A stretch of 64,000 nt of DNA from Nannocystis bainbridge. GTDB lineage: Bacteria > Myxococcota_A > Polyangia > Nannocystales > Nannocystaceae. The notes under the pieces are model-generated. The model had not been told where the DNA came from. It searched no databases and saw only the letters and a program-made list of their open reading frames with translations. The DNA lies in assembly GCF_028368995.1 (NCBI RefSeq), contig NZ_JAQNDL010000002.1, positions 224,001-288,000 on the forward strand, written 5' to 3'. Made by a program: the position numbers and the translations under genes. Positions 55,894-64,000 of the stretch are shown in pieces; position 1 is the stretch's first letter; each line of letters begins with the position of its first letter.

Positions 55894-57351
55894 TCAGGGG
55901 CGCGGCGGGGCCGGCAAGATCCACGGGCGAGGGCCCAGGCCGTCGACCTCGCGCGCGAGGTCGACGTCGGGGTCGACGAGGCGCGCGGCGGGGCGGCCGT
56001 TGTAGGTGACGAACACGTCGGCGCGGACCTCGGCGCCGGGGTTCTCGGCCGCGATGTGGTGCGCGTACTCGAGGACCATGTCGGGCTGGAAGGCCATCTG
56101 CTTGGCCTGCTGGGCGGTCAGGGTCGGCTCCGGATCGACGAGGCGCTGGCGGCCGCTGACGGGGTCGCGCACGCGGTAGACGACGCTGCCGACCTTCTCG
56201 ACCAGCATGACCTGCCAGGCGAAGCGATAGCCCTCCTCGGTCCAGGCGGTGTCGCCGGGGTAGGCGAAGCGGCGCAGCGGCAGGGTGAGCTGCACGGCGA
56301 AGTGGAGCGCGAGCAGGCCGAGCAGCAGCGGCCGGGCCGGGAACGAGCTGGCGGATAGGACAGGTGCCATGGGGCATGTCCTCGGGGACAGGCGACACCA
56401 CAGCCGCCGCGGCCAGTCGGGCGGGAAGAACACCAGGGCGGCGGCGGCCATGAGCCACGGGAACATGCCGATCGCGGGGAACAGGGCGCCGGTGAGGCCG
56501 TGGAACACGAGCACGCCGGCGTAGGCGAACGGGCGCGTGCGCGGGTGCAGCAGCAGGAACGGGACCGAGAGGTCGAAGGCGGCGCCGCCCCAGCTCATGA
56601 GGTGGGCGGCCTCGGGCCGGCGCAAGAGCCCGCCGATCAGCGGGAAGTCGGCGCGCGCGGCCAGCCACAGCCGCAGCGGCTGGGCGTGCAGCAGCCAGTC
56701 GGGGCGCAGCTTGGCCAGCCCGGCGAAGAAGTAGACCAGCCCGACCTGCAGCCGCAGCGCCCACAACGCCCAGGCCGGGGCGACGGCGACGCGACGGCCG
56801 AGCGGGAGCACGATCATCAGCAGGGCGACGACGCTGACGAAGTAGTAGTGGTTGAGGTAGGTCGCCTTGTCGAGCAGTTCGACGTAGGTGAAGAGGACGA
56901 AGAACAGGGCGATCGCGGGCCGGTAGCACACGCCCGCGGCGACGAGCAGCGACAGCGCGCCGAGGGCGACGAACACGGCGATCATGCCGGCCTCGGGCAG
57001 CGGTGCGAGCCAGCCGAAGCCCCAGTAGTGGAAGTGGAAGGTCGGGTCGACGTACAGCTGGTGGATCCACCCGCGCGCGGCGAAGCGGACCGTGCCGGCG
57101 AACATCAGCAGGCCAAAGGCGATCCGGAACGCGTGGAGGCCGGCGGCGTCGACCGGGGCGAGCAGGGCGCGCAGGAGGCGGCTGAGGGCGCCATGGCCAT
57201 CATCTGCCCGAATCGACATGTCTATTGGGACACGTTCTACCGGCGCGTCCTGCTCGTCATCTGTCCGAAGCGACATGTCGCAGGGGACATGTTCATCGTG
57301 CGGCCGGCCGACCGCGGGCGGGCTGCGGTCCGGGGGGGCGCGGTCGGGCAT
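55894..57351 (-). CDS. HTTM-domain protein (vitamin K-dependent gamma-carboxylase-like)
   Basis: AFRIAFG, FHFHYWGFGW, ELLDKATYLNHYY, VYFFAGLAKLRPDW, IGMFPW, WTEEGYRFAWQVMLVEK, QPDM. Confidence 0.92.
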   Translation of the reverse strand: MPDRAPPDRSPPAVGRPHDEHVPCDMSLRTDDEQDAPVERVPIDMSIRADDGHGALSRLLRALLAPVDAAGLHAFRIAFGLLMFAGTVRFAARGWIHQLYVDPTFHFHYWGFGWLAPLPEAGMIAVFVALGALSLLVAAGVCYRPAIALFFVLFTYVELLDKATYLNHYYFVSVVALLMIVLPLGRRVAVAPAWALWALRLQVGLVYFFAGLAKLRPDWLLHAQPLRLWLAARADFPLIGGLLRRPEAAHLMSWGGAAFDLSVPFLLLHPRTRPFAYAGVLVFHGLTGALFPAIGMFPWLMAAAALVFFPPDWPRRLWCRLSPRTCPMAPVLSASSFPARPLLLGLLALHFAVQLTLPLRRFAYPGDTAWTEEGYRFAWQVMLVEKVGSVVYRVRDPVSGRQRLVDPEPTLTAQQAKQMAFQPDMVLEYAHHIAAENPGAEVRADVFVTYNGRPAARLVDPDVDLAREVDGLGPRPWILPAPPRP

Positions 57352-57361
57352 TTCGCTCGGG

Positions 57362-58474
57362 TCAGTCGCCGTCGTTGTCGCTGAGGGCGAGGGTGACGCC
57401 GAGGGTGCTGGCGACGTCGAGCTTGAGCAGGCGACGGAACGTGTCGAGCTCGTCGCGGGCCAGCTGGACGGCGGTGCGGTCGGCGACGAGCGCCTCCGTC
57501 AGGGGCTCGGGGACGGCGACGAGGACCTCGACGGTGCGGGCGTACTGGGCCCGCACGCGCTCGTCGAGGGCCGGATCGAGGGCGGCGACGAGGACCGAGA
57601 TGCCGGCCGCGGGCGCGTCCAGATCGGCGCCGTGGTAGACGGCCCACACGCCGGCGAGGTTGGCCTGCAGGTCGGCGCGGGTGCGGCCGGAGAAGCGCGA
57701 CTCCATCAGGCTCGGGTCCTCGGCGGCGCCGGAGAGGTTGCCGAGCGGGTTGTCGAGCTTGCCCTTGACCATGGTGAGGCAGGCGTCGATCGACTTGTTG
57801 ATGACCTCGTCGACGCCGGCCTTGAGCGAGGGGTAGGCGGCGCTGCCGGTGCCGGCGGTGGCGAGGGCATCGGCGTACTCGCTGGCCCAGGCGGTGGCGA
57901 GGGCGTCGGTGCGGGCCTCGATGTCGACGGCGAGGGCCCGGGCGTAGCCGCAGCGGCGCGCGCCGTCCTCGCTCTGGAAGGCGGTCAGGGCGGCGCCCGG
58001 GTCCTCGCCCCACAGCAGGTACTCGAGCGCGGGCATGCCCTTGGCGCTGACGCCGAGGCCGCCGAGGTAGCCGGCGTCGGCGGCCGCGGGGGCGCCGGCG
58101 ACCGCGGTCTCGACGGTGTCGACGCGCACGGGCCAGAAGTCGAGGGCGTTGAGCTCGGGCGGCAGCGGGCCGAAGCCGAACGGGAGCACGCGCGACCAGG
58201 CGTCGCGCTCCTCCGACCAGGCGGCCTGGGCGGCCGCGAGGGTGGTGGCGTCGGGGCCGGCGCACAGCGGCTCAAGGGCGGCGACCAGCGCCCCGGCCCG
58301 CTCGTGCAGGGTCGCGAAGGCGGGGGCCGCGACGTCGTGGCCGATGTGGGCCAGCACGGCCGGGCGAGCGTCGTCGCCGCTGCCGCCGCCGCAGGCGAGG
58401 CCGGCGAGCATGCCGGCACCTGCTCCGAAGAGCATGGCCGAGAGGACAGGGCGAGAGAGACCGGCGCGGATCAT
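57362..58474 (-). CDS. Imelysin-family lipoprotein
   Basis: LDFWP, KGMPALEYLLWG, KLDNPLG, ESRFSG, C-terminal LALSDNDGD. Confidence 0.92.
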   Translation of the reverse strand: MIRAGLSRPVLSAMLFGAGAGMLAGLACGGGSGDDARPAVLAHIGHDVAAPAFATLHERAGALVAALEPLCAGPDATTLAAAQAAWSEERDAWSRVLPFGFGPLPPELNALDFWPVRVDTVETAVAGAPAAADAGYLGGLGVSAKGMPALEYLLWGEDPGAALTAFQSEDGARRCGYARALAVDIEARTDALATAWASEYADALATAGTGSAAYPSLKAGVDEVINKSIDACLTMVKGKLDNPLGNLSGAAEDPSLMESRFSGRTRADLQANLAGVWAVYHGADLDAPAAGISVLVAALDPALDERVRAQYARTVEVLVAVPEPLTEALVADRTAVQLARDELDTFRRLLKLDVASTLGVTLALSDNDGD

Positions 58475-58546
58475 CGGGACCTCGAGGGACGGGGGAGCGT
58501 GCCGGCACCTGCCCCGAAGAGCATGGCCGAGAGGACAGGGCGAGAG
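58411..58546. repeat. 47-bp direct duplication (1 mismatch) at the imelysin 5' end
   Basis: tgccggcacctgc(t/c)ccgaagagcatggccgagaggacagggcgagag at 58411 and 58500. Confidence 0.9.
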
Positions 58547-58599
58547 CGGCCAGACGGCGAGCGCGCCGGCGGGGCGCCGACGACAGCGCGGGTGCTTTG

Positions 58600-58665
58600 A
58601 GGCATGTCCTCGCGGACATGTCCTTTCGCGCCGGGCCTCGGGGACATGTGCGAAGGGGCAGGCGG
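58600..58665. repeat. 14-bp-phased GGACATGTCC-like array
   Basis: Units at 58600, 58614, 58628 (degenerate), 58642, 58656. Confidence 0.8.
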
Positions 58666-58679
58666 GGCGCCCGCGGCGG

Positions 58680-60056
58680 TCACAGCGACTCCAGGAAGGC
58701 GATCAGGTCGGCGCGCTCGTCGGCGGAGAAGCTCCGCACGGCCTCGCGCGCGGGCTCGGCCTCGCCGCCGTGCCACAGCACCGCCTCCATCAGCGAGCGG
58801 GCGCGGCCGTCGTGGAGGAAGCTGGTGTGGCGGTTGACCGTCTCGACCAGGCCGATGCCCCACAGCGGCGGGGTCCGCCACTCGTTGCCGTCGGCCAGGT
58901 AGTCGCGGCGGCCGTCGCCGAGCCCGTCGCCCATGTCGTGCAGCAGGAGGTCGGTGTACGGCCAGATCGTCTGGCCCCGGACCTCGTCGATGGCGGCGTC
59001 GGCGGCGGTGATGTGGCGCGGGACGTGGCAGTCGACGCAGCCGGCCGCCGCGAACAGCCCCTTGCCGCGCAGGACCTCGGGCGCGTCGGCGCCGCGGCGA
59101 GCGGGGACGGCGAGGGTCGCGGTGTAGAAGACGACGTCTTCGAGCAGGTCGGCCGTGACCTCGGGCTGGCCGCCGTGCGGGGCCGCGGCGCACTCGGGCT
59201 GGCCTTCGGGACAGTTCTCGAGCGGGAACATCTCGGTCGTCAGGCCCATGTCGCCGAGGAAGGCGCCGGCCGTCTGCTGGGCGATGGTCGACTGGTTGGC
59301 CTTCCAGCCGAACCGGCCGAGCACGGCGGCGTCGGCGGCCAGGTCCCACACGTAGTTGGCGCGGCCGGAGATGCCGTCGCCGTCGGCGTCGCGTGGGTCC
59401 TCGCGGGCGACGATGTCGGCCTCGGGGATGGCCTCGAGCAGGCCCATGCCGATCATCACCGGGGCGACGCGCGGCGAGATGAAAAGGTCGGCCGGCAGCG
59501 GGCCGTAGGCCGGGTCCTCGAGGGTGTAGGTCGGGACGCGCAGGCTGTACGCCTCGCCGTCGGCGAAGGCGCCCGGGCGCTCGACCCACGTGACCTTCGG
59601 GACAGCTTCGGGCGCGACCCCGTCGATGGCGTTCGGCTGCAGCTGGTCGCCGTAGCCGGGCACATCGCGCGGGCCGCCGTGCAGGCCCTCGCCGGGGATC
59701 GAGAGGCGCAGCAGCATGCTGGTGAACGGCTCGTCGGCCTCGGGCGGGCGGCCGCGGCCGTCCTTGAAGTGGCAGGCCGAGCACGAGCGGGCGTTGAAGG
59801 TCGGGCCGAGGCCGTCGCGCCCGGTGGTCGAGGCCGGGGCGATGACCCAGTTCTTGTTGAAGAACGAGTTGCCGACCACGAACCGCTGGCGCCGCTCGAA
59901 GGTCATGTTGCGGGCGCTGTACGAGAACGCGTTGGGGCTCTCGTCGCGGATGGTGGTGTCGCCGCCGGCCAGCTCCTCGCCCGGCTCGAGCGCCGGGGCG
60001 AGGTCTTCACAGGATGCCCCGAAGAACAGGGCCAAAAAGACAGGCAGGCGGCGCAC
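58680..60056 (-). CDS. Di-heme oxidoreductase family (DHOR) c-type cytochrome lipoprotein
   Basis: DGLGPTFNARSCSACH and GCVDCH (two CXXCH), GRFGWKA, PYTDLLLHDMG, WRTPPLWG, LHDGRAR. GTG start at 60056. Confidence 0.93.
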   Translation of the reverse strand: MRRLPVFLALFFGASCEDLAPALEPGEELAGGDTTIRDESPNAFSYSARNMTFERRQRFVVGNSFFNKNWVIAPASTTGRDGLGPTFNARSCSACHFKDGRGRPPEADEPFTSMLLRLSIPGEGLHGGPRDVPGYGDQLQPNAIDGVAPEAVPKVTWVERPGAFADGEAYSLRVPTYTLEDPAYGPLPADLFISPRVAPVMIGMGLLEAIPEADIVAREDPRDADGDGISGRANYVWDLAADAAVLGRFGWKANQSTIAQQTAGAFLGDMGLTTEMFPLENCPEGQPECAAAPHGGQPEVTADLLEDVVFYTATLAVPARRGADAPEVLRGKGLFAAAGCVDCHVPRHITAADAAIDEVRGQTIWPYTDLLLHDMGDGLGDGRRDYLADGNEWRTPPLWGIGLVETVNRHTSFLHDGRARSLMEAVLWHGGEAEPAREAVRSFSADERADLIAFLESL

Positions 60057-60064
60057 GACCCAGT

Positions 60065-61228
60065 CTACTCCAAGTTGAGCTCGATCTCGAGCACACCCGC
60101 GACCTGGACCAGCGCCTCGGTCGCCTCCTTGAGGCTGTCGATCGCGGCCTTGACCGCGGCGCGCTCCGGGCTGCCGTCGGCGGCCTGGATGGCGTTGTCG
60201 AACGGGGCCGGGATGGCCTTGACGGCGGCGACCGCGGCCTGGAGCTTGGCGGTGGCGTTGGCGTCGACGTCGGCGTCGAGGCGGGCGACCAGGCTCGAGA
60301 GACCGGCGCCCGCCTGCCCGTCGATGCGGCCGTGGTACACGTCGTCGATGCCCTGGATGTTGGCCAGGATGTCCTTGTGGGTGTTGTCGCTGAAGCAGGA
60401 GTGCTCGTCCTCCTGCTCGCGGGTGTCGTAGGCGACGGTCATGCGCTCGCCGGCGAGCTCGGCGCCGCTGAGGCTGGCCATGCCGAGCAGGACCTTGCCG
60501 ATCGCTTCCTTGGGGTCCTGGGCGACGAACTCGGCGCGGTAGTTGGCCTGTCCTTCGGACCAGGCGTCGGCGACGCGCGCCAGATCGTCGAGCAGCAGCT
60601 CGCTCGTCAAGGTGAGGTAGTCGCGGCGGCGCTCCTGGTTGGCGGCGGTGCCCTCGGGCGCGTCGACGAAGTCGGTCCACGGGCGCGCGCCCGGGCCGTC
60701 GGCGCTCAGGTCCTGGCCCCACAGCAGGAACTCGATCGCGTGCCAGCCGGTCGAGATGCTGTCCTCGCCCTCGGCGCCGTTGCGCTCGATCAGCACGTCG
60801 CGGGTGATGTCGGGGTAGCCGGCGAGGTCGTTGATGATGCCGGCGTCGGCCTGGCCCTCGACGTAGTCGATGTACGCCTCGTCCATCGGCCAGGCGTTGA
60901 TGCGGCCCTCGAGCTCGTCCGGGGCGGCGTCGATCGGGCCGTTGTAGAAGCGGAACACCTCGGTGAGGCCGTACTGGTCGCGGGCGCCGAGCCAGGCGGT
61001 CTTGGTGGCCGCGAGCGTCTCGGCCGAGGGATCGCCGACGAACGCCTGCAGGGCGCTGTCCATCTGCTCGGCGCCGCGGCTCGACTTCTCGTAGGCGGCG
61101 GAGACCAGCTCGGCGTAGCGATCGACCACGTTCTGCGCTTCCTCGCGGAAGGACGCGTCGTCCCAGCCGGTGTCGGCGGTGGTGGTGCAGGCGGGGAGGA
61201 GACAGAGGGCGAGGAGCGAGCGGCGCAT
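60065..61228 (-). CDS. Imelysin/IrpA-like iron-regulated lipoprotein
   Basis: LLPAC lipobox; TEVFRFYNGPID, INAWPMDEAYIDY, TGWHAIEFLLWGQD, GERM, EDEHSCFSDNT. Confidence 0.93.
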   Translation of the reverse strand: MRRSLLALCLLPACTTTADTGWDDASFREEAQNVVDRYAELVSAAYEKSSRGAEQMDSALQAFVGDPSAETLAATKTAWLGARDQYGLTEVFRFYNGPIDAAPDELEGRINAWPMDEAYIDYVEGQADAGIINDLAGYPDITRDVLIERNGAEGEDSISTGWHAIEFLLWGQDLSADGPGARPWTDFVDAPEGTAANQERRRDYLTLTSELLLDDLARVADAWSEGQANYRAEFVAQDPKEAIGKVLLGMASLSGAELAGERMTVAYDTREQEDEHSCFSDNTHKDILANIQGIDDVYHGRIDGQAGAGLSSLVARLDADVDANATAKLQAAVAAVKAIPAPFDNAIQAADGSPERAAVKAAIDSLKEATEALVQVAGVLEIELNLE

Positions 61229-61290
61229 GCGGGGGCTTCCAGTCCGTGAGGCGCGCCAGCGCGAGGGGCGATGGCGATCGAAATTTGGGA

Positions 61291-61311
61291 TACTGAAAGT
61301 GGTTTTCAATG
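61291..61311. promoter_or_regulatory. Fur-box-like 7-1-7 palindrome
   Basis: TGAAAGT-G-GTTTTCA (61294-61308) in an AT-rich patch ~65 bp upstream of the imelysin operon; resembles TGATAAT-N-ATTATCA. Confidence 0.65.
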
Positions 61312-61366
61312 TCAACGCCCCGGGAGTGCCTGGACGCACGCCAGGGCCGCGGCTATGGTGCCGGCC

Positions 61367-62092
61367 ATGGCGGCGACCGCCGATACTTCACAGAACCGTA
61401 ACTATTACGACGCTTTCTCTGCCGGCTACGACGACGGCCGCGATCGCGGATACCACAAGCTCATCGACGACCAGGCGGCGGCGATCGTCAGCCGCTACGC
61501 CGCCGGGAAGGACGCGCTGGAGGTCGGCTGCGGCACGGGGCTCATCCTCCAGCGGGTGGCGTCGGTCGCCCGCTCGGCCAAGGGCGTCGACCTGTCGCCG
61601 GGCATGCTGGAGCACGCGCGCAGCCGCGGGCTCGACGTCCAGGAGGGCAGCGCGACCGACCTGCCGTTCGCCGACGCCAGCTTCGACGTGACCTACTCCT
61701 TCAAGGTGTTGGCGCACATCCCCGGCTGGGAGCGCTGCCTGCAGGAGATGGCGCGCGTGACCCGGCCCGGCGGGCACATGGTGTTCGACATCTACAACCG
61801 CAACTCGCTGCGGTACCTGATCAAGCGGCTGTGGGGCCCGCGCAAGACGTCGCACAGCTTCGACGAGGCGGCGATCTCGACCCGCTTCCTCAGCCCGGCC
61901 GAGGCCGCGGACGTGCTGCCCGCGGGCACCCGCGTGGTCGGCCGCGCCGGCATCCGCATCACGACGCCGCACCCGGTGGTCTGCCGCCTGCCCGTGATCG
62001 GCAGGGTCCACGACCGCGTCGAGTGGGCGCTGATGGAGAGCCCGCTGGCCGCGCTGGCCGGGTTCTACGTGTTTGTGGCGGAGAAGTTGTGA
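61367..62092 (+). CDS. Class I SAM-dependent methyltransferase
   Basis: LEVGCGTG, GVDLSPGML, LPFADASFD, EMARVTRPGG. Start 61355 or 61367. Confidence 0.93.
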   Translation: MAATADTSQNRNYYDAFSAGYDDGRDRGYHKLIDDQAAAIVSRYAAGKDALEVGCGTGLILQRVASVARSAKGVDLSPGMLEHARSRGLDVQEGSATDLPFADASFDVTYSFKVLAHIPGWERCLQEMARVTRPGGHMVFDIYNRNSLRYLIKRLWGPRKTSHSFDEAAISTRFLSPAEAADVLPAGTRVVGRAGIRITTPHPVVCRLPVIGRVHDRVEWALMESPLAALAGFYVFVAEKL

Positions 62093-63177
62093 GGGTCCTG
62101 GTCGTCACGACGACCTTCCCGCAATGGGCCGGCGATCCGCGCGGCCGCTTCATCCTGCGTCACTGGGAGGCGCGCGCGGCGGCCGGCGACACGGTCAGAT
62201 TTCTGGTGCCGCGGACGGCGTGGGTCCGCGGCGCGCTGCCGTCGCCGTGCGAGGTGGTCCGCTTCGCCTACGCGCCGACCGGCATGTCGTCGCTGACCGG
62301 CCAGTTCGGCATCCTCGAGAACATCCGCGATCGGCCGTGGCGGGCGCTGCTGGTGCTGCCGTTCGTGGCCGCGCTGCAGCGGGCGCTGCAGCGCGAGATC
62401 CGGGCGTTTCGCCCCGACAAGGTCGCGGCCCACATGCTGCTGCCGTGCGGCTGGCTGGCGGCCGAGGCGGCCCGCGCGGCCCGGGTGCCGTGCGAGCTGT
62501 ACGGCCACGGCACCGATGTCGACCTGCTGCTGCGCCTGCCCGGACCGCTGCGCGAGGCGGCCCTGACGGCGCTGGGGCAGGCCGAGAGCGTCGCCCTGCC
62601 GTCGGCCGAGAAGCTGGCCCGGGTGGCCGCGGCCTGGCCGGGTCCGCCGCCGCTGCGCATCGAGACGATGGTCGGCAGCGTGGCCGATGGGGCAGGTTCC
62701 AACGCACATGTCTATCAGGACATGTCCGAACGCGCAGGCGACGAGGTGCTGTTCCTCGGGCGCCTGATCAAGCAGAAGGGCGTCGACGATCTGCTGCGGG
62801 CGGCGGCGCTGATGCCCCGGCGGCCGCGCCTGGCGATCGCCGGCGACGGGCCGGAGCGGCGCCGACTGCAAGGCATGGCGGAAGGGCTGCGGCTCGACGC
62901 GCGCTTCCACGGGTTCGTCGAGGGCGCGGCCAAGGAGGCGCTGTACCGGCGAGCTGCGCTGCTGTGCGTGCCGTCGCGCGAGATCGGCGGGCTGTCCGAG
63001 GGGGCGCCGCTGGTGATCGCCGAGGCCAAGCGCTACGGGCTGCCGGTGGTGGCGACGGCCGTGGGCGGGATCCCCGAGCTGATGCGCGACCTGTATCCCG
63101 AGACCGCCCTGGTCCGGCCCGGAGCGCCGCAGGCGTTGGCGCAAGCGCTGGCGCAGGCGCTCGCACAGGGGGCCTGA
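62089..63177 (+). CDS. Glycosyltransferase family 4
   Basis: VRVLVVTTTFP, HGTDV, LFLGRLIKQKGVDDLL, EGAPLVIAEA, VVATAVGGIPE; GTGA overlap with the methyltransferase stop. Confidence 0.92.
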   Translation: MRVLVVTTTFPQWAGDPRGRFILRHWEARAAAGDTVRFLVPRTAWVRGALPSPCEVVRFAYAPTGMSSLTGQFGILENIRDRPWRALLVLPFVAALQRALQREIRAFRPDKVAAHMLLPCGWLAAEAARAARVPCELYGHGTDVDLLLRLPGPLREAALTALGQAESVALPSAEKLARVAAAWPGPPPLRIETMVGSVADGAGSNAHVYQDMSERAGDEVLFLGRLIKQKGVDDLLRAAALMPRRPRLAIAGDGPERRRLQGMAEGLRLDARFHGFVEGAAKEALYRRAALLCVPSREIGGLSEGAPLVIAEAKRYGLPVVATAVGGIPELMRDLYPETALVRPGAPQALAQALAQALAQGA

Positions 63178-63211
63178 GCGGCGTGGTGACGCGACGCGTG
63201 AGGGCGGCGCG

Positions 63212-64000
63212 GTGAAGTGGTTGCGGCGTGCGCTGGTGGGGTTGATCGCGCTGCTGCTGGTGACGCTGGCGATCGGCTGGGTGTACCTCGGCGACCTCGT
63301 GCTGGCGGTGGCGGCTCCGAGGGTCCCGTTCGACCGCGCGAACGTGCCGCCGGCGCCCGACTACGACCAGCCCGCGGCGTGGAGCGCCCGGCCCGAGACG
63401 GTCGACGCGGCCGACGCGGAGGTCGAGGGCGTGGCGATCGCGGCGGACCCGGAGGTCGACGTGTTCTACCTCCACCCGACGTCGTTCCTCGGCAATGCAT
63501 GGAACGCCGGCCTCGATGACGCGACCGTCAACGTGGCGACGGACCAGGGGGCGACGCGGATCCAGGCGAGCCTGTTTTCGGGCTGCTGCCGGGTGTTCGC
63601 GCCGCGCTACCGCCAGGCCAACATGACGGCCTTCACGACCGCGAGCGCCGACGGGGCGGCGGCGATCGGGCTGGCCGGCGACGACGCGATCGCGGCGTTC
63701 CGCCACTACCTCGAGCACGACAACCACGGGCGGCCGTTCATCCTGGCGGCGCACAGCCAGGGCTCGTTCGTCGGGCTCCGCCTGCTGCGCGAGGTGATCG
63801 CGCCCGGGCCGCTGCGGCAGCAGCTGGTGGCGGCGTACCTGCTCGGCGGACCTGTCACGGTCGAAGCGCTCGGTGACCTGCCGGTGTGCGAGTCGCCGGC
63901 GCAGACGGGCTGCGTGGTCGGCTTCAACGCGCGCAGCCTGGGCTACCGGCCAGGCATCGAGTTCGTGGAGAACCCGCCGCCGCCGGCAGGCGCGCCGCCG
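63212..64000 (+). CDS. DUF3089 alpha/beta-hydrolase-like protein (partial, runs off window)
   Basis: Manual translation: N-terminal TM, PDY...W, DVFYLHPTS, RVFAPRYRQA, NHGRPFILAAHSQGS. Confidence 0.88.
   Translation, partial: MKWLRRALVGLIALLLVTLAIGWVYLGDLVLAVAAPRVPFDRANVPPAPDYDQPAAWSARPETVDAADAEVEGVAIAADPEVDVFYLHPTSFLGNAWNAGLDDATVNVATDQGATRIQASLFSGCCRVFAPRYRQANMTAFTTASADGAAAIGLAGDDAIAAFRHYLEHDNHGRPFILAAHSQGSFVGLRLLREVIAPGPLRQQLVAAYLLGGPVTVEALGDLPVCESPAQTGCVVGFNARSLGYRPGIEFVENPPPPAGAPP

Noticed and set aside
26776-58665. Motif arrays as integron attC sites or IS ends
   Set aside because: No RYYYAAC/GTTRRRY cores, no integrase or transposase, no target-site duplications, and many copies lie within genes.
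60057-60722. 680-aa version of the DHOR ORF
   Set aside because: The extension overlaps the imelysin gene out of frame; a lipoprotein signal starts at 60056.

Overview
GC-rich myxobacterial chromosomal window, probably Nannocystaceae-like: MYXO-CTERM and Cys-rich lipoproteins, Ser/Thr kinases, an ADYC protein and a giant AgmK/GltI-like TPR protein. The taxon is inferred from gene content only. About 38 CDS. The first ~27 kb looks like conserved backbone: RodZ-like HTH, mgtE, recO, two large lipoproteins, FHA protein, TPR-zincin-like protein, LpoA-like lipoprotein, rlmB and a ~3560-aa TPR protein. The rest is accessory-looking: ycaO and tfuA split by an ECF sigma/kinase pair, surface proteins, an ABC exporter, fpr, an OmpA protein, an LDLa-repeat lipoprotein, a Fur-box-preceded imelysin/di-heme/imelysin/HTTM operon and a methyltransferase-GT4 pair. 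No rRNA, tRNA, transposase or CRISPR-cas was seen. The most unusual signal is a pervasive DNA motif, consensus GGACATGTCC-N4 (equivalently TGTCC-N4-GGACA). It is chained in strict 14-bp phase into degenerate arrays of up to 8 units at gene boundaries and is also imprinted inside many coding sequences. Three unrelated intergenic tandem-repeat arrays and a 170-bp AT-rich island are also present.
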